From Geobacter sulfurreducens PCA (GTDB lineage: Bacteria > Desulfobacterota > Desulfuromonadia > Geobacterales > Geobacteraceae): a stretch of DNA of 32,000 nucleotides. A program made the translations under genes and the position numbers. Positions 18,851 through 28,106 of the stretch are shown here, piece after piece; the stretch's first letter is position 1; each line of letters opens with the position of its first letter. The stretch lies in the NCBI RefSeq assembly GCF_000007985.2, contig NC_002939.5, forward strand, positions 3,390,001 through 3,422,000. Reading direction: 5' to 3'. The notes under the pieces were generated by a model. The model was given only the letters and a program-made list of their open reading frames with translations, did no database searches and was not told the origin of the DNA.

Positions 18851-19804
18851 TTACACCACCAGACGATCATCCCGGTAGCCGTCGTTCACTTCCAGGGCCT
18901 CGGTCATAGAGCGGATCGCCACCTCCACCTGGCTGTCGTCGGGTTCGCGCGTGGTGAGTCGCTGAAGCGCGAGGCCCGGGGCGATAATGAGCTTCACCAG
19001 TGGGTTCTGGTCATTTTTTGCGCTCCACTTGAGAAACTCGTAGGAAACCCCGGCGATGACGGGCAGCAGCACCACCCGGGCGCCCGCTTTCATCCAGAAG
19101 GGCCAGAGCTTGGGAATGAGCGAGAAGATAACGATGCTCACAAGCATGACAATGAGAAGAAAGCTCGTGCCGCACCGGGGGTGGAGACGGCTGTATTTCT
19201 GCACCGTAGCCGCCGTTAGTTCATCGCCGGCCTCGAAGGCGTAGATGGTTTTGTGCTCGGCCCCGTGATACTGAAATACTCGCTCGATATCGCTCATGCG
19301 GGAGATCGATACGATATAGAGGAGAAACACCACAACCCGGATGACGCCGTCCACCAGGTTGAAAACGATATTGGACGAGCCGATGACCGGCACCAGAAGC
19401 TTGGTGAGATAGAGGGGCAGCACGAAAAAGAGCAGGATACCGAAGCCGAGGGCAACCGCCATGGTTCCCCCGAGGGCCCAGGACGAAATCTCCTCCTTCT
19501 CCCCTTCTTCCTCCGCAATGGCCTCGTTGGCCGAGAAATTGAGCGCCTTGAGCCCCATGGCCAGCGAGGTAAAGAGCGCCACCGCCCCCCGGAGAACAGG
19601 CAATTTGACAATGGGATACCGTTCAGAGAGAGGGGGTACCTCCTCCCGTTTGACGGCGATATCGCCGCCCGGCCGGCGCACGGCAATAGCCATGGACCGG
19701 GGGGCACGCATCATCACCCCTTCCAGCACGGCCTGCCCGCCCACATTGATCCGTTCGGCAACCAGGAGCAGCTGCACCAGAAACATTCTCAGCCGTTGCG
19801 TCAT
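18851..19804 (-). CDS. DUF1385 (YqhQ-like) integral membrane protein of unknown function
   Basis: VGGQAVLEGVMMRAP near the N-terminus, a YHGAEHKTI motif and several C-terminal TM segments. I place the start at ATG 19804 (MTQRLRMF), which overlaps the thyX stop as ATGA. The track ORF to 19972 is an in-frame extension into thyX. Confidence 0.8.
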   Translation of the reverse strand: MTQRLRMFLVQLLLVAERINVGGQAVLEGVMMRAPRSMAIAVRRPGGDIAVKREEVPPLSERYPIVKLPVLRGAVALFTSLAMGLKALNFSANEAIAEEEGEKEEISSWALGGTMAVALGFGILLFFVLPLYLTKLLVPVIGSSNIVFNLVDGVIRVVVFLLYIVSISRMSDIERVFQYHGAEHKTIYAFEAGDELTAATVQKYSRLHPRCGTSFLLIVMLVSIVIFSLIPKLWPFWMKAGARVVLLPVIAGVSYEFLKWSAKNDQNPLVKLIIAPGLALQRLTTREPDDSQVEVAIRSMTEALEVNDGYRDDRLVV

Positions 19805-20499
19805 ATGGACATCTCCCTGAACAACCGTTTCACCTCCGCTGCTTTCCCGCAGGTCATGCCTCCTTCGGGGCAGGGGCCGGTCAGGCAGCCGGGACCGGCA
19901 TCCCGGAAAATGGTGGGGGCAACGCCCTTCACAAGCCGCAGCATCTCCACCGCCAGCGCCCGGATTTCCCACTGGGCCCGCTCGCAGCAGCGGAGGCCGA
20001 AAAAGTGAATGAGCTCACGGGCATTCATGGTCACTATGATCTTCGTCTCCGCGGCGTTGGGGAGGACGAAACGGGCATCTTCGGCGGGAACCCCGTCGTC
20101 CACCAGAGCCCGGTAGGCATCGGCGCAGGCCTGCATGGCCGATTCGAACACCTGCCGGCGCTTCTCCGTGGCGGATACGCTCCCGGGCACAACCCGGGGG
20201 AAGCCGTCACCGCGGAAGGTCACGTAGCGCTGGGACTGCTGTGAATAAGAGGCGATGCGGTGGCGCACGAGCTGGTGGCTGGCGGCCCGGGAAATCCCCT
20301 CGATGCCGAAGGTGAACGATGCATGCTCCAGCACCGACTGATGCCCAAGCGACATGATCTTGTCAAGGAACGCCGTCACGTCCGAGGCGGAAAGCTTTTC
20401 CCGCAACTCATCGATGCCGACGGAGGCGTAGCAGAGCCGCGCCGCGAGCGCCACGGCGGCTTCAGGATCGGGAGTATGCTGGAGGAGGGCAATTTTCAT
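19801..20499 (-). CDS. thyX: FAD-dependent thymidylate synthase ThyX
   Basis: 232 aa with the ThyX signature RHRIASYSQQSQRY (RHRxxSxxxxSxR), plus HASFTFGIEGISR. Confidence 0.93.
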   Translation of the reverse strand: MKIALLQHTPDPEAAVALAARLCYASVGIDELREKLSASDVTAFLDKIMSLGHQSVLEHASFTFGIEGISRAASHQLVRHRIASYSQQSQRYVTFRGDGFPRVVPGSVSATEKRRQVFESAMQACADAYRALVDDGVPAEDARFVLPNAAETKIIVTMNARELIHFFGLRCCERAQWEIRALAVEMLRLVKGVAPTIFRDAGPGCLTGPCPEGGMTCGKAAEVKRLFREMSI

Positions 20500-20520
20500 A
20501 CTGTCGTCGCCAACCAGAGA

Positions 20521-20560
20521 CTAAAAACAAAGGGGATTTCGCCCTGGACAAAATCCCCTT
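20521..20560 (-). terminator. Intrinsic terminator after rpmE
   Basis: Minus strand reads AAGGGGATTT-TGTCCAGGGCG-AAATCCCCTT (10-bp stem, 11-nt loop) followed by TGTTTTTAG. The thyX ATG lies 21 nt further downstream. Confidence 0.7.
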
Positions 20561-20589
20561 CCACTGGAACCGCATGGCCGGAGGCCATG

Positions 20590-20787
20590 TTACATGCCGT
20601 ACTTCTTCCTGAAGCGCTCGACGCGGCCGGCAGTGTCAATGAGCTTTTGCTTGCCGGTGAAGAAAGGATGGCAGGCGGAGCAGATTTCGGTCGAAATCTC
20701 GGTTTTGGTGGAACGGGTCTGGAACGAGTTGCCACAGGCGCACTTGACCATCACGTCGTTGTACTTCGGATGAATCCCTTCTTTCAT
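20590..20787 (-). CDS. rpmE: 50S ribosomal protein L31 (Zn-ribbon type)
   Basis: [64 protein letters not shown]. Start is ATG 20787 with an AAGGAGG Shine-Dalgarno. Confidence 0.96.
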   Translation of the reverse strand: MKEGIHPKYNDVMVKCACGNSFQTRSTKTEISTEICSACHPFFTGKQKLIDTAGRVERFRKKYGM

Positions 20788-20852
20788 ATGGTCCTCCTTG
20801 CGGGGCATCGACCCCGGCGTCATGAACACGTTTTATGTGCTGGAAAGGTATG

Positions 20853-20881
20853 AATTTAGCACCCTGATTTTATTTTTTCAA
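20853..20881 (-). promoter_or_regulatory. Sigma70-type promoter candidate for rpmE
   Basis: Minus strand has TTGAAA (20881-20876), a 17-nt spacer and TAAATT (20858-20853), in an AT-rich patch between rho and rpmE. Confidence 0.4.
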
Positions 20882-20932
20882 GGCTTTTTTGCCTATGCGG
20901 GCCGGGCTTGCGGTTGGCCGGCAACCGTGCCG

Positions 20933-22180
20933 CTACCTGCTCATGGAGTCGAGAAACGCCTGATTGTCCTTGGTCTCGGAGAGCTTCTCCAAGAGGAACT
21001 CCATGCTGTCGACCACGTTCATGGGATGGAGGACCTTGCGCAGAATCCAGATGCGGTTGAGCGCGCTCTTCTCCACCAGCAGCTCTTCCTTGCGGGTGCC
21101 GGACTTGTTGATGTCGATGGCCGGGAAGGTCCGCTTCTCCACCAGTTTGCGGTCCAGGTGAACCTCCATGTTTCCGGTCCCCTTGAACTCTTCGAAGATA
21201 ACCTCATCCATCTTGCTGCCGGTATCCACCAGGGCCGACGCGATGATGGTCAGAGACCCCCCCTCTTCGATATTGCGGGCAGCGCCGAAAAAGCGCTTGG
21301 GCTTCTGGAGGGCGTTGGCGTCAACCCCGCCGGTGAGGATTTTGCCGGAAGGAGGAAGCACCGTATTGTAAGCCCGGGCAAGACGGGTTATGGAGTCGAG
21401 GAGAATCACCACGTCGCGCTTGTGCTCCACCAGGCGCTTGGCCTTTTCGATGACCATCTCAGCCACCTGCACGTGGCGGGTGGCCGGTTCGTCAAAGGTG
21501 GAGGAGACTACTTCCCCCTTGACCGAGCGCTGCATGTCGGTCACCTCTTCGGGCCGTTCGTCGATGAGCAGCACGATCAGATAGACTTCGGGGTGATTTT
21601 CGGCAATGGAATTGGCGATGTTCTGAATGAGCATCGTCTTGCCGGTACGCGGCGGCGCCACGATGAGCCCCCGTTGCCCCTTGCCGATAGGGGAGACAAG
21701 CTCCATGACGCGCATCGACATATTGTCCGGCGCGGTTTCGAGTTTGAGCTTTTCGTCGGGATAGAGAGGAGTCAGGTTGTCGAACAGAATCTTGTCGCGG
21801 GCGACCTCAGGGGGCTCGAAGTTGACCGTCTCCACCTTGAGAAGAGCGAAATAGCGCTCACCCTCCTTGGGAGGACGGATCTGCCCCGAAACGGTATCGC
21901 CCGTATGGAGGTTGAAGCGGCGGATCTGCGACGGCGATACGTAGATGTCGTCGGGGCCCGGCAGGTAGTTGTAATCCGGCGCCCTCAGAAAGCCGAAGCC
22001 GTCGGGAAGGCACTCCAGAACCCCCTCGCCGAAGATCATGCCGTTCTTTTCGGTCTGGGCGTTGAGAATGGCGAAGATCAGGTCCTGCTTGCGCAGACTG
22101 GACGCGCCCTCAATGTTCAACCCCTTGGCAATGGCAGCCAGTTCGTTGATTTTTTTCCCTTTAAGCTCCTGCAGGTTCAT
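20933..22180 (-). CDS. rho: Transcription termination factor Rho
   Basis: [26 protein letters not shown]..., an RNA-binding domain (GFGFLR), Walker A (APPRTGKT), and the C-terminal [17 protein letters not shown]. Start is ATG 22180 (415 aa) with an AGGAG Shine-Dalgarno. Confidence 0.97.
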   Translation of the reverse strand: MNLQELKGKKINELAAIAKGLNIEGASSLRKQDLIFAILNAQTEKNGMIFGEGVLECLPDGFGFLRAPDYNYLPGPDDIYVSPSQIRRFNLHTGDTVSGQIRPPKEGERYFALLKVETVNFEPPEVARDKILFDNLTPLYPDEKLKLETAPDNMSMRVMELVSPIGKGQRGLIVAPPRTGKTMLIQNIANSIAENHPEVYLIVLLIDERPEEVTDMQRSVKGEVVSSTFDEPATRHVQVAEMVIEKAKRLVEHKRDVVILLDSITRLARAYNTVLPPSGKILTGGVDANALQKPKRFFGAARNIEEGGSLTIIASALVDTGSKMDEVIFEEFKGTGNMEVHLDRKLVEKRTFPAIDINKSGTRKEELLVEKSALNRIWILRKVLHPMNVVDSMEFLLEKLSETKDNQAFLDSMSR

Positions 22181-22423
22181 CGGCTCTCCTGTACGCGCGC
22201 GCATGGACCCCGACGCATGCGAGCGCTTTGCTGGACATGGATATCATAAGTAGGCAAGTGGACGCGTTAAATGTGGGGGAGGCGTTCCCTGGACGTTGCT
22301 CTTTGTGAAGTATAGTGCGTACGCTGAAGTTCAGTATGAATCGTGAGACCGGCTGAGTGGTCCTGTCTCGAAATGAATTGTGCTGTGGGTAGTCTGCTAG
22401 GTCAATCGGCGGAACGTGGTCGT

Positions 22424-22449
22424 ACGGAATTCAATTAAACCGATTCCGT
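22424..22449. promoter_or_regulatory. 7-bp inverted repeat ACGGAAT-N12-ATTCCGT (candidate operator)
   Basis: A perfect inverted repeat read directly from the sequence. It overlaps the -10 of the putative rho promoter, in the divergent rho/iclR intergenic region. Confidence 0.25.
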
Positions 22450-22461
22450 GGCATTTGTCAA
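22434..22461 (-). promoter_or_regulatory. Sigma70-type promoter candidate for rho, implying a leader of about 245 nt
   Basis: Minus strand has TTGACA (22461-22456), a 16-nt spacer and TTTAAT (22439-22434). Confidence 0.3.
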
Positions 22462-22486
22462 TAGCATTTATGAGCTCAATTACCTG

Positions 22487-22515
22487 TTGACGTAGACAGG
22501 ACAGAGTCCTATAGT
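22487..22515 (+). promoter_or_regulatory. Sigma70 promoter for the IclR-family gene
   Basis: TTGACG (22487-22492), a 17-nt spacer and TATAGT (22510-22515). It lies about 95 nt upstream of the GTG start. Confidence 0.55.
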
Positions 22516-22610
22516 CCGAAGAATCAACGGTTTGGCACGGGCTCTCTCCCGCGCCCCTCCCCGGCCCCCTTGCCCGCAGGGAGGAATAATCCAACCAGAG
22601 GCGATCCACC

Positions 22611-23411
22611 GTGCAGAAAAAAGACAAGTCAGACTACATGATCCTGGCCGTTTCCCATGCGTTAGACCTGCTTGAGCAGTTTCATGCCGAGGACGCGGTC
22701 GAGTTGGGCGTCACGGAGATATCCAGAAGGCTCAAGCTTCACAAAAACAACGTGTTCAGGCTCTTGGCGACCCTCGAGTCGCGCGGCTACGTGGAGCAGA
22801 ACCCCATAACCGGCAATTACCGCCTCGGCCTCAGGACACTTGAGCTGCGCCAGTCAATGATCCGCCAGATGGCGCTGCTCCCCTACGCCAAGCCGGCCCT
22901 CGAAGAACTCGTGAAGGAGTGCGACGAAACGGCTTACGTGGCCGTTCTCAAGGAGAATCTGAGCGTCTACCTTTACGGTGTGGAGAGCCACGCCACGGTC
23001 CGGGTCGTTTCGCGCCTCGGCTCGCGCCTGCCGGCCTACTGCACCGCCGCGGGCAAGGTAATGCTCGCGGGACTTCCCGAAAACGACCTCGAACGGTATC
23101 TCTCCCGGACGGAACTGGCCCCCTTCACCCCCAATACCATCGTTGAGCGGGACAAGCTGCGGGAACACCTGAAAGAAGTGGCTGCCCAGGGGCATGCCAT
23201 TGACAATGAAGAGCTGGAAATCGGCGTCCGCGGCGTAGCAGCCCCTATCCATGACTACCGGTCGGTGGTGGTCGGTGCGGTGATCATCTCAGGCCCGGCC
23301 ATGCGCTTCACCGATGGCCGGGTACGCGACGAACTGACTCCCCTGGCATGCCGGACCGCCGAGGCCATCTCGGTGAAACTCGGGTATGCCGCTCCTACCG
23401 CGGGTCTGTAA
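22611..23411 (+). CDS. IclR-family transcriptional regulator
   Basis: 266 aa. N-terminal winged HTH (ILAVSHALDLLEQF...LGVTEISRRLKLHKNNVFRLLATLESRGYVEQ) and a C-terminal IclR effector domain (GHAIDNEELEIGVRGVAAPI). GTG start at 22611 with AGAGG upstream; ATG 22638 is an alternative. Confidence 0.88.
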   Translation: MQKKDKSDYMILAVSHALDLLEQFHAEDAVELGVTEISRRLKLHKNNVFRLLATLESRGYVEQNPITGNYRLGLRTLELRQSMIRQMALLPYAKPALEELVKECDETAYVAVLKENLSVYLYGVESHATVRVVSRLGSRLPAYCTAAGKVMLAGLPENDLERYLSRTELAPFTPNTIVERDKLREHLKEVAAQGHAIDNEELEIGVRGVAAPIHDYRSVVVGAVIISGPAMRFTDGRVRDELTPLACRTAEAISVKLGYAAPTAGL

Positions 23412-23439
23412 CGCCGCTCCGTACTGAACTCCATCCGCG

Positions 23440-23748
23440 TCACTCTCCGCCTCGTCGATCGGCCCGCTTCCTGAGCGCTATCTGGGCGACCATGTCGGCC
23501 AGGATCACGCCGGTAACGACGAGAAGAATCACACCGCTCCCCCGGTAATAGCCGTAACAATTGAAAAACATGTACAGCGCCACAACCAGCCCAAGCATGC
23601 CGCGCATGCCGGCCGTGGAGTGCTCGGCGGTTACCTCGTCAGGAGTGAAGTGGCGCATGAGCGCCGGCGCCGCGTGGTAGCCCACGGCGGCGTCGGTGAG
23701 GGTAAGAAGCAGATTGATTACAAAGAGGGGCAGCAGGAATTTGTCCAT
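23440..23748 (-). CDS. Hypothetical small membrane protein (102 aa, about 3 TM segments)
   Basis: Hydrophobic segments FLLPLFVINLLLTLTDAAV, MLGLVVALYMFFNCYGYY and GVILLVVTGVILADMVAQIAL, with a basic C-terminus. Third-position GC bias is as in neighbouring genes. No family recognised and the Shine-Dalgarno is weak. Confidence 0.55.
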   Translation of the reverse strand: MDKFLLPLFVINLLLTLTDAAVGYHAAPALMRHFTPDEVTAEHSTAGMRGMLGLVVALYMFFNCYGYYRGSGVILLVVTGVILADMVAQIALRKRADRRGGE

Positions 23749-23762
23749 GTGAGCGGCGGCAA

Positions 23763-24050
23763 TCAGTCCGTATTGTGATAGAGGAGTCGGTCAAGAAGCT
23801 GTTCATACTCGTCGAGCATCTGCTGGAGCGTGCGCAATTCTTCGGGCGTATAGACTGCTGGACCTTTGGCGATTTCCCGCCTGAGGCGCGCTATCCGCTG
23901 ATAAATGTCATCCTTCCGATCAGGACAATTATCGTGATAGAGAAGACAGGTGTCTTTCCCCTGTGCCGGGGCCGGTCCGTCAGCCGGCCTGGCGGGAGCG
24001 GCGGACATCAGAAGCAGCAGGGCCAACCCGACGACCTTTTTGTAGCTCAT
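23763..24050 (-). CDS. Hypothetical secreted or periplasmic protein (95 aa)
   Basis: Strong AAGGAGGTG Shine-Dalgarno 4 nt (TCCC) upstream of the ATG. Signal-peptide-like N-terminus MSYKKVVGLALLLLMSAAPARPA. The mature part has CX6C (CLLYHDNC) and a predicted helical, charged C-terminus. No family recognised. Confidence 0.6.
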   Translation of the reverse strand: MSYKKVVGLALLLLMSAAPARPADGPAPAQGKDTCLLYHDNCPDRKDDIYQRIARLRREIAKGPAVYTPEELRTLQQMLDEYEQLLDRLLYHNTD

Positions 24051-24123
24051 GGGACACCTCCTTTTTCCGCCCGGCGAGTTCCGGGCAGCTGCCGCGGAAA
24101 CGACTTCCGGCGGTTCCTGCCCG

Positions 24124-26412
24124 TCACAGCTTGTTGATGAACACTTCTCGCGGCTTGCTCGTGCCGTCCGAGGGGCCGACGATCCCTTCCTGCTCCATCC
24201 GCTCGATGATACGGGCGGCGCGGTTATACCCGATCCTCAGCCGACGCTGGACCATGGAAATGGATGCCTGGCGCGTTTCCGCCACAAGCCGCACGGCATC
24301 GTCGTAGCGCTCGTCCACCAGGTCCTCATCGCCTTCGCCGTCACCCTTGCCGCCGTCATCCTTCATCTCCAGAATCGACTTGTCGTAGACCGGCTTACCC
24401 TGCTTCTTGAGGAAGTCGACCACCCTCTGGACCTCGGCGTCGGAGACGAAGGCGCCGTGAACCCGCTGCATTTTAGCGGTGCCGGGCGGCAAGAAAAGCA
24501 TGTCGCCCATCCCAAGGAGGGCCTCGGCGCCGATAGTGTCGAGGATGGTGCGCGAGTCGATCTTGGAGGATACCTGGAACGATATCCGGGCCGGGAAATT
24601 GGCCTTGATGAGGCCGGTAATGACGTCCACGGATGGACGCTGGGTGGCGAGAATCAGATGGATGCCCGCGGCTCGAGCCATCTGGGCAAGTCGCGCGATG
24701 GACTCCTCGATCTCCCTGCCGGCCACCATCATGAGGTCGGCCAGCTCATCCACGATAACGACGATATACGGCAGGTGACCGTGCTCCAGCTCGTCGCTCC
24801 TTGCCAGGAACTCCTCGATGGCGGCGGCCTCGTCGTCCGGGAGCTCCTCGGACACATCCTCCACAACCACGGTTTCCTGGGCCTTGAGCTCCTCGGCCTC
24901 CTTTTCCAGCTTCTCGATGGTCCGGTTGTAGGAATCGATATTGCGGACCCCCTTGTCGGCCATGAGGCGGTAACGGCGGCCCATTTCCTCCACGGCCCAC
25001 TTGAGGGCGAGAGCGGCCTTCTTGGGGTTGGTGACCACCGGCAGGAGCAGGTGCGGAATCCCCTCGTAAACGGAGAGTTCCAGCATCTTGGGGTCCACCA
25101 TGATGATCCGCACGTCTCGGGGAGTGGCGGTGTAGAGAAGCGACAGGATCATGGTGTTAACCGACACCGACTTGCCGCTGCCGGTGGCGCCGGCCACCAG
25201 CAGGTGCGGCATCCGGGCAAGGTCGGCCACCACCGGCGCACCGGCGATGTCTTTACCGAGGGCCAGCGGCAGCTTGCACTTGCTGGCATGAAACTCTTCG
25301 CCGCTGAATATCTCCCTGAGAAAGACCGTTTCCCGCTCCCGGTTTGGAATCTCGATCCCCACGACCCCCTTGCCGGGGATGGGGGCAACGATCCGGATGG
25401 AGAGCGACTGGAGCGCCATGGAGAGATCGTCGGACAGGGAGGCGATCCGGCTCACCTTGATGCCCGGGCCGGGCGCGAATTCGTACATGGTGATGACCGG
25501 CCCCGGGCAGATCTCCACCACTTCACCGTCGATGCCGAAGTCCTTGAGCTTTTTCTCCAGAAGCCGGGCGTTCATGGTGAGAATATCTCGGTCTACCTTC
25601 CGTTCGGTCGCGGGCGGCGAATCGAGCAACGACAGGGGCGGGGTCCGGTGCTCACCCTCCACTTTGACGAAATCGAAGGCCTCCTGGAGCGGGGCCTGTT
25701 TGGCGTCGTCCTTCTTTTTCTCCTTCTTGCGTACCGGCTCCGGCGGCGGCAGCGCAACATGAACCGGCTTGATCTCCGGCGCCTTTTTCTTCTCGGGCTT
25801 ATCACCCGCATCCATCAGCTGCCGGTTCAGCTCCTTCCGCTCCCGATGGCGCGTCCAGCGCTCCCTGAGGCTCCCTACCCACCAATCGGCGAACAGGACG
25901 AAGGAGAACCGCGACAGCACCATGGACGAGGCGGCCAGAAGCGGCAAGATGATCAGCAGCGCTCCGGTGATTCCGAAATAGGTTTTGAGAAACGAGGCCG
26001 TCTTATATCCCACGGCGCCGCCCGTGAGAACCGGCTGCCCCAGAAACTCGGTCTTTGCCAGATTGAAGGCGAAAAGGGCCGCCAGCGAGACTACGAGGGT
26101 ACCGAAGGCGATTCCCTTGTAGGCTTTCCAGCGAAGCTCCTTGAAGCGCAACAGCTTGTAGGAGAGAAAGAGGAGCCCTGCCGGGATGGCGTAGGAGGCA
26201 AGACCGAGCACCTGGAGCAGCAGGTCCGACAGATCCGCCCCCAGCCTGCCCCCGAAGTTGTGGAGCTGACCTTCCGACGAGTAGGTGTTGAAGGACTGGT
26301 CCCCGGCGTTGAACGACAGGAGCGCGATGAGAATGAAAACGCCCAGCGCGCCCAGGGCCATACCCTGGATCTCCTTTTTCAGTTTTTCCTTTTTATCGAT
26401 CTGTTCGTCCAT
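24124..26412 (-). CDS. ftsK: DNA translocase FtsK
   Basis: 762 aa. N-terminal TM segments, a basic/Pro-rich linker, a motor domain with Walker A (AGATGSGKS) and Walker B ([13 protein letters not shown]), and a C-terminal gamma domain ([25 protein letters not shown]). Confidence 0.96.
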   Translation of the reverse strand: MDEQIDKKEKLKKEIQGMALGALGVFILIALLSFNAGDQSFNTYSSEGQLHNFGGRLGADLSDLLLQVLGLASYAIPAGLLFLSYKLLRFKELRWKAYKGIAFGTLVVSLAALFAFNLAKTEFLGQPVLTGGAVGYKTASFLKTYFGITGALLIILPLLAASSMVLSRFSFVLFADWWVGSLRERWTRHRERKELNRQLMDAGDKPEKKKAPEIKPVHVALPPPEPVRKKEKKKDDAKQAPLQEAFDFVKVEGEHRTPPLSLLDSPPATERKVDRDILTMNARLLEKKLKDFGIDGEVVEICPGPVITMYEFAPGPGIKVSRIASLSDDLSMALQSLSIRIVAPIPGKGVVGIEIPNRERETVFLREIFSGEEFHASKCKLPLALGKDIAGAPVVADLARMPHLLVAGATGSGKSVSVNTMILSLLYTATPRDVRIIMVDPKMLELSVYEGIPHLLLPVVTNPKKAALALKWAVEEMGRRYRLMADKGVRNIDSYNRTIEKLEKEAEELKAQETVVVEDVSEELPDDEAAAIEEFLARSDELEHGHLPYIVVIVDELADLMMVAGREIEESIARLAQMARAAGIHLILATQRPSVDVITGLIKANFPARISFQVSSKIDSRTILDTIGAEALLGMGDMLFLPPGTAKMQRVHGAFVSDAEVQRVVDFLKKQGKPVYDKSILEMKDDGGKGDGEGDEDLVDERYDDAVRLVAETRQASISMVQRRLRIGYNRAARIIERMEQEGIVGPSDGTSKPREVFINKL

Positions 26413-26414
26413 GC

Positions 26415-28100
26415 CTACATTTCCAGGATAACCGGCAGGATCACCGGTCGCCGTTCTATCGTTTTATTGAAGAAGCGTCTCAAAATACGTCGCACTTCCT
26501 GCTTGACCTCGCCCCACTCACCCAGGGTTTCGATGCTCATGCCGGCCAGGAGGTCCAGGACGATCTTTTTCGTTTCGTCCAGATACTGCTGGCTTTCGTC
26601 CTCGAAAACGAACCCGCGGGAAACAATATCCGGCCCGTAGATGACCTCGCCGGAAGCCTGGTTGATGGCGATGATCACCACCACCATGCCGTCCTCGGAC
26701 AGGTGCTTGCGGTCCTTGAGGACAACCTCGCCCACATCGCCGATTCCCTTACCGTCGATGTAGACCCGTCCGCTCTCCACGGCGCCGGCGATCTCACCCC
26801 GGCCGTCAGCGAAGCGGATCACGTCGCCGTTCACCGCCACCAGACAGCGCTCCGCCGGCACACCGACCCGCTGTGCCAGCCGGGCATGCTTGACCAGATG
26901 GCGGTATTCTCCGTGGACCGGCACAAAGTGGCGGGGCCGCGTGAGGTTGAGCATCAGCTTCAGCTCCTCCTGCGACGCATGGCCCGAAACATGGACCTCC
27001 GAGACCTTCTCGTGAAAGACCTCGGCCCCCCGGCGATAGAGATGGTTGATGAGGTCGGAGATGGTCTTCTCGTTGCCCGGGATGAAACGGGACGAGAGGA
27101 TGACCGTGTCGCCGGCCTCCAGCTTGATCTGCTTGTGATCGTCCATGGCGATGCGGGCCAGCGAGCTCATGGGCTCGCCCTGGGAACCGGTGGTAATCAT
27201 GCAGACCTGCTCTTTGGGAAGGTGCTGGAGTTCCTTCAGATCGGTCAGTACCCCCTCCGGCATCCGCAGGTAGCCCAGTTGCCGCGCGATGGCCACGTTC
27301 GCCACCATTGAGCGCCCGTTGAGCAATACCTTGCGGCCACAGCGGACCGCCGCGTCCACCGCCTGCTGGACCCGGTGGATGTTGCTGGAGAAGGCGGCCA
27401 CGATGATCCGCCCCTCGCAGCGGGGGAAAATTTCGTCAAAGGCCTCCCCCACCACCCGCTCGGAAAGGGTGTACCCCTCGCGCTCCACGTTGGTGGAGTC
27501 GGCCAGGAGCGCCAGAACCCCCTCGTCCCCGTAACGGGAGAAGGTGGCCAGGTCGGTCAGTTCGCCATCCACCGGGGTCTGGTCGATCTTGAAGTCCCCC
27601 GTATGGATCACCACCCCCTCCGGGGTCCGAATGGCAAGGGCGCAACCGTCCACGATGGAGTGGGACACCCTGATGAACTCCACGGAGAAGCAGCCGAGCG
27701 TCACCACGTCGCGGGGCTTGACGACATTCAGCTCCACCTCGCTCTCCAGGTCGAACTCCTTCAGTTTTTCCCGAATGAAGCCAAGGGTGAGGGCCGTGCC
27801 ATAGAGAGGGAGCGAGAGCTCCTGAAGGACATACGGAAGAGCACCGATGTGGTCCTCGTGGCCGTGGGTGAGGAGTATGCCGCGCACCCGGCCGGCCCGT
27901 TCCCGCAGGTAGGTGATATCCGGAATGACCAGGTCGATGCCGAGCATCTGCGGCTCGGGGAACATGAGGCCGCAGTCGGCGACGATGATGTCCTCGCCGT
28001 GCTCGTAGGCCATCATGTTGAGGCCGATTTCGCCCAGCCCCCCCAGGGGGATGATGCGCAGCCCCCCATTATCCGTAATGTCAGCGGGTGCCGTGTCCAT
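26415..28100 (-). CDS. rnj: Ribonuclease J (beta-CASP metallo-beta-lactamase RNase)
   Basis: 561 aa: [25 protein letters not shown] (the HxHxDH motif) and beta-CASP motifs (...[11 protein letters not shown]...PVHGEYRHL). Confidence 0.93.
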   Translation of the reverse strand: MDTAPADITDNGGLRIIPLGGLGEIGLNMMAYEHGEDIIVADCGLMFPEPQMLGIDLVIPDITYLRERAGRVRGILLTHGHEDHIGALPYVLQELSLPLYGTALTLGFIREKLKEFDLESEVELNVVKPRDVVTLGCFSVEFIRVSHSIVDGCALAIRTPEGVVIHTGDFKIDQTPVDGELTDLATFSRYGDEGVLALLADSTNVEREGYTLSERVVGEAFDEIFPRCEGRIIVAAFSSNIHRVQQAVDAAVRCGRKVLLNGRSMVANVAIARQLGYLRMPEGVLTDLKELQHLPKEQVCMITTGSQGEPMSSLARIAMDDHKQIKLEAGDTVILSSRFIPGNEKTISDLINHLYRRGAEVFHEKVSEVHVSGHASQEELKLMLNLTRPRHFVPVHGEYRHLVKHARLAQRVGVPAERCLVAVNGDVIRFADGRGEIAGAVESGRVYIDGKGIGDVGEVVLKDRKHLSEDGMVVVIIAINQASGEVIYGPDIVSRGFVFEDESQQYLDETKKIVLDLLAGMSIETLGEWGEVKQEVRRILRRFFNKTIERRPVILPVILEM

Positions 28101-28106
28101 GGGGTA

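Noticed and set aside
20882-20932. An intrinsic terminator after rho
   Set aside because: Only short 4-5 bp stems are present (GGTTG/CAACC and AGGC/GCCT), with no following U tract on the minus strand. Termination is more likely factor-dependent, or transcription reads into rpmE.
22533-22550. A sigma54-like TGGCAC element in the iclR leader
   Set aside because: The -12 position reads CTCT rather than TTGC at the required spacing. It also lies downstream of a much better sigma70 promoter.
22397-22627. A 76-aa minus-strand ORF in the rho/iclR intergenic region
   Set aside because: It starts inside the IclR coding sequence and runs across both promoter candidates. It has no Shine-Dalgarno and no recognisable features, so the region is more plausibly untranslated leader and promoter DNA.
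24049-26640. An 863-aa plus-strand ORF covering all of ftsK and the end of rnj. Similar long antisense ORFs occur at 20798-22249, 27375-28742, 11888-13165, 17704-18909, 12333-13415, 15829-16875, 6934-7929 and 2708-3709.
   Set aside because: Each lies exactly antisense to a gene with unmistakable conserved motifs. Their translations are low-complexity and rich in R/G/P/H/L, with no recognisable domain. Long stop-free antisense frames are expected in GC-rich DNA. They also span gene boundaries, which real genes would not.
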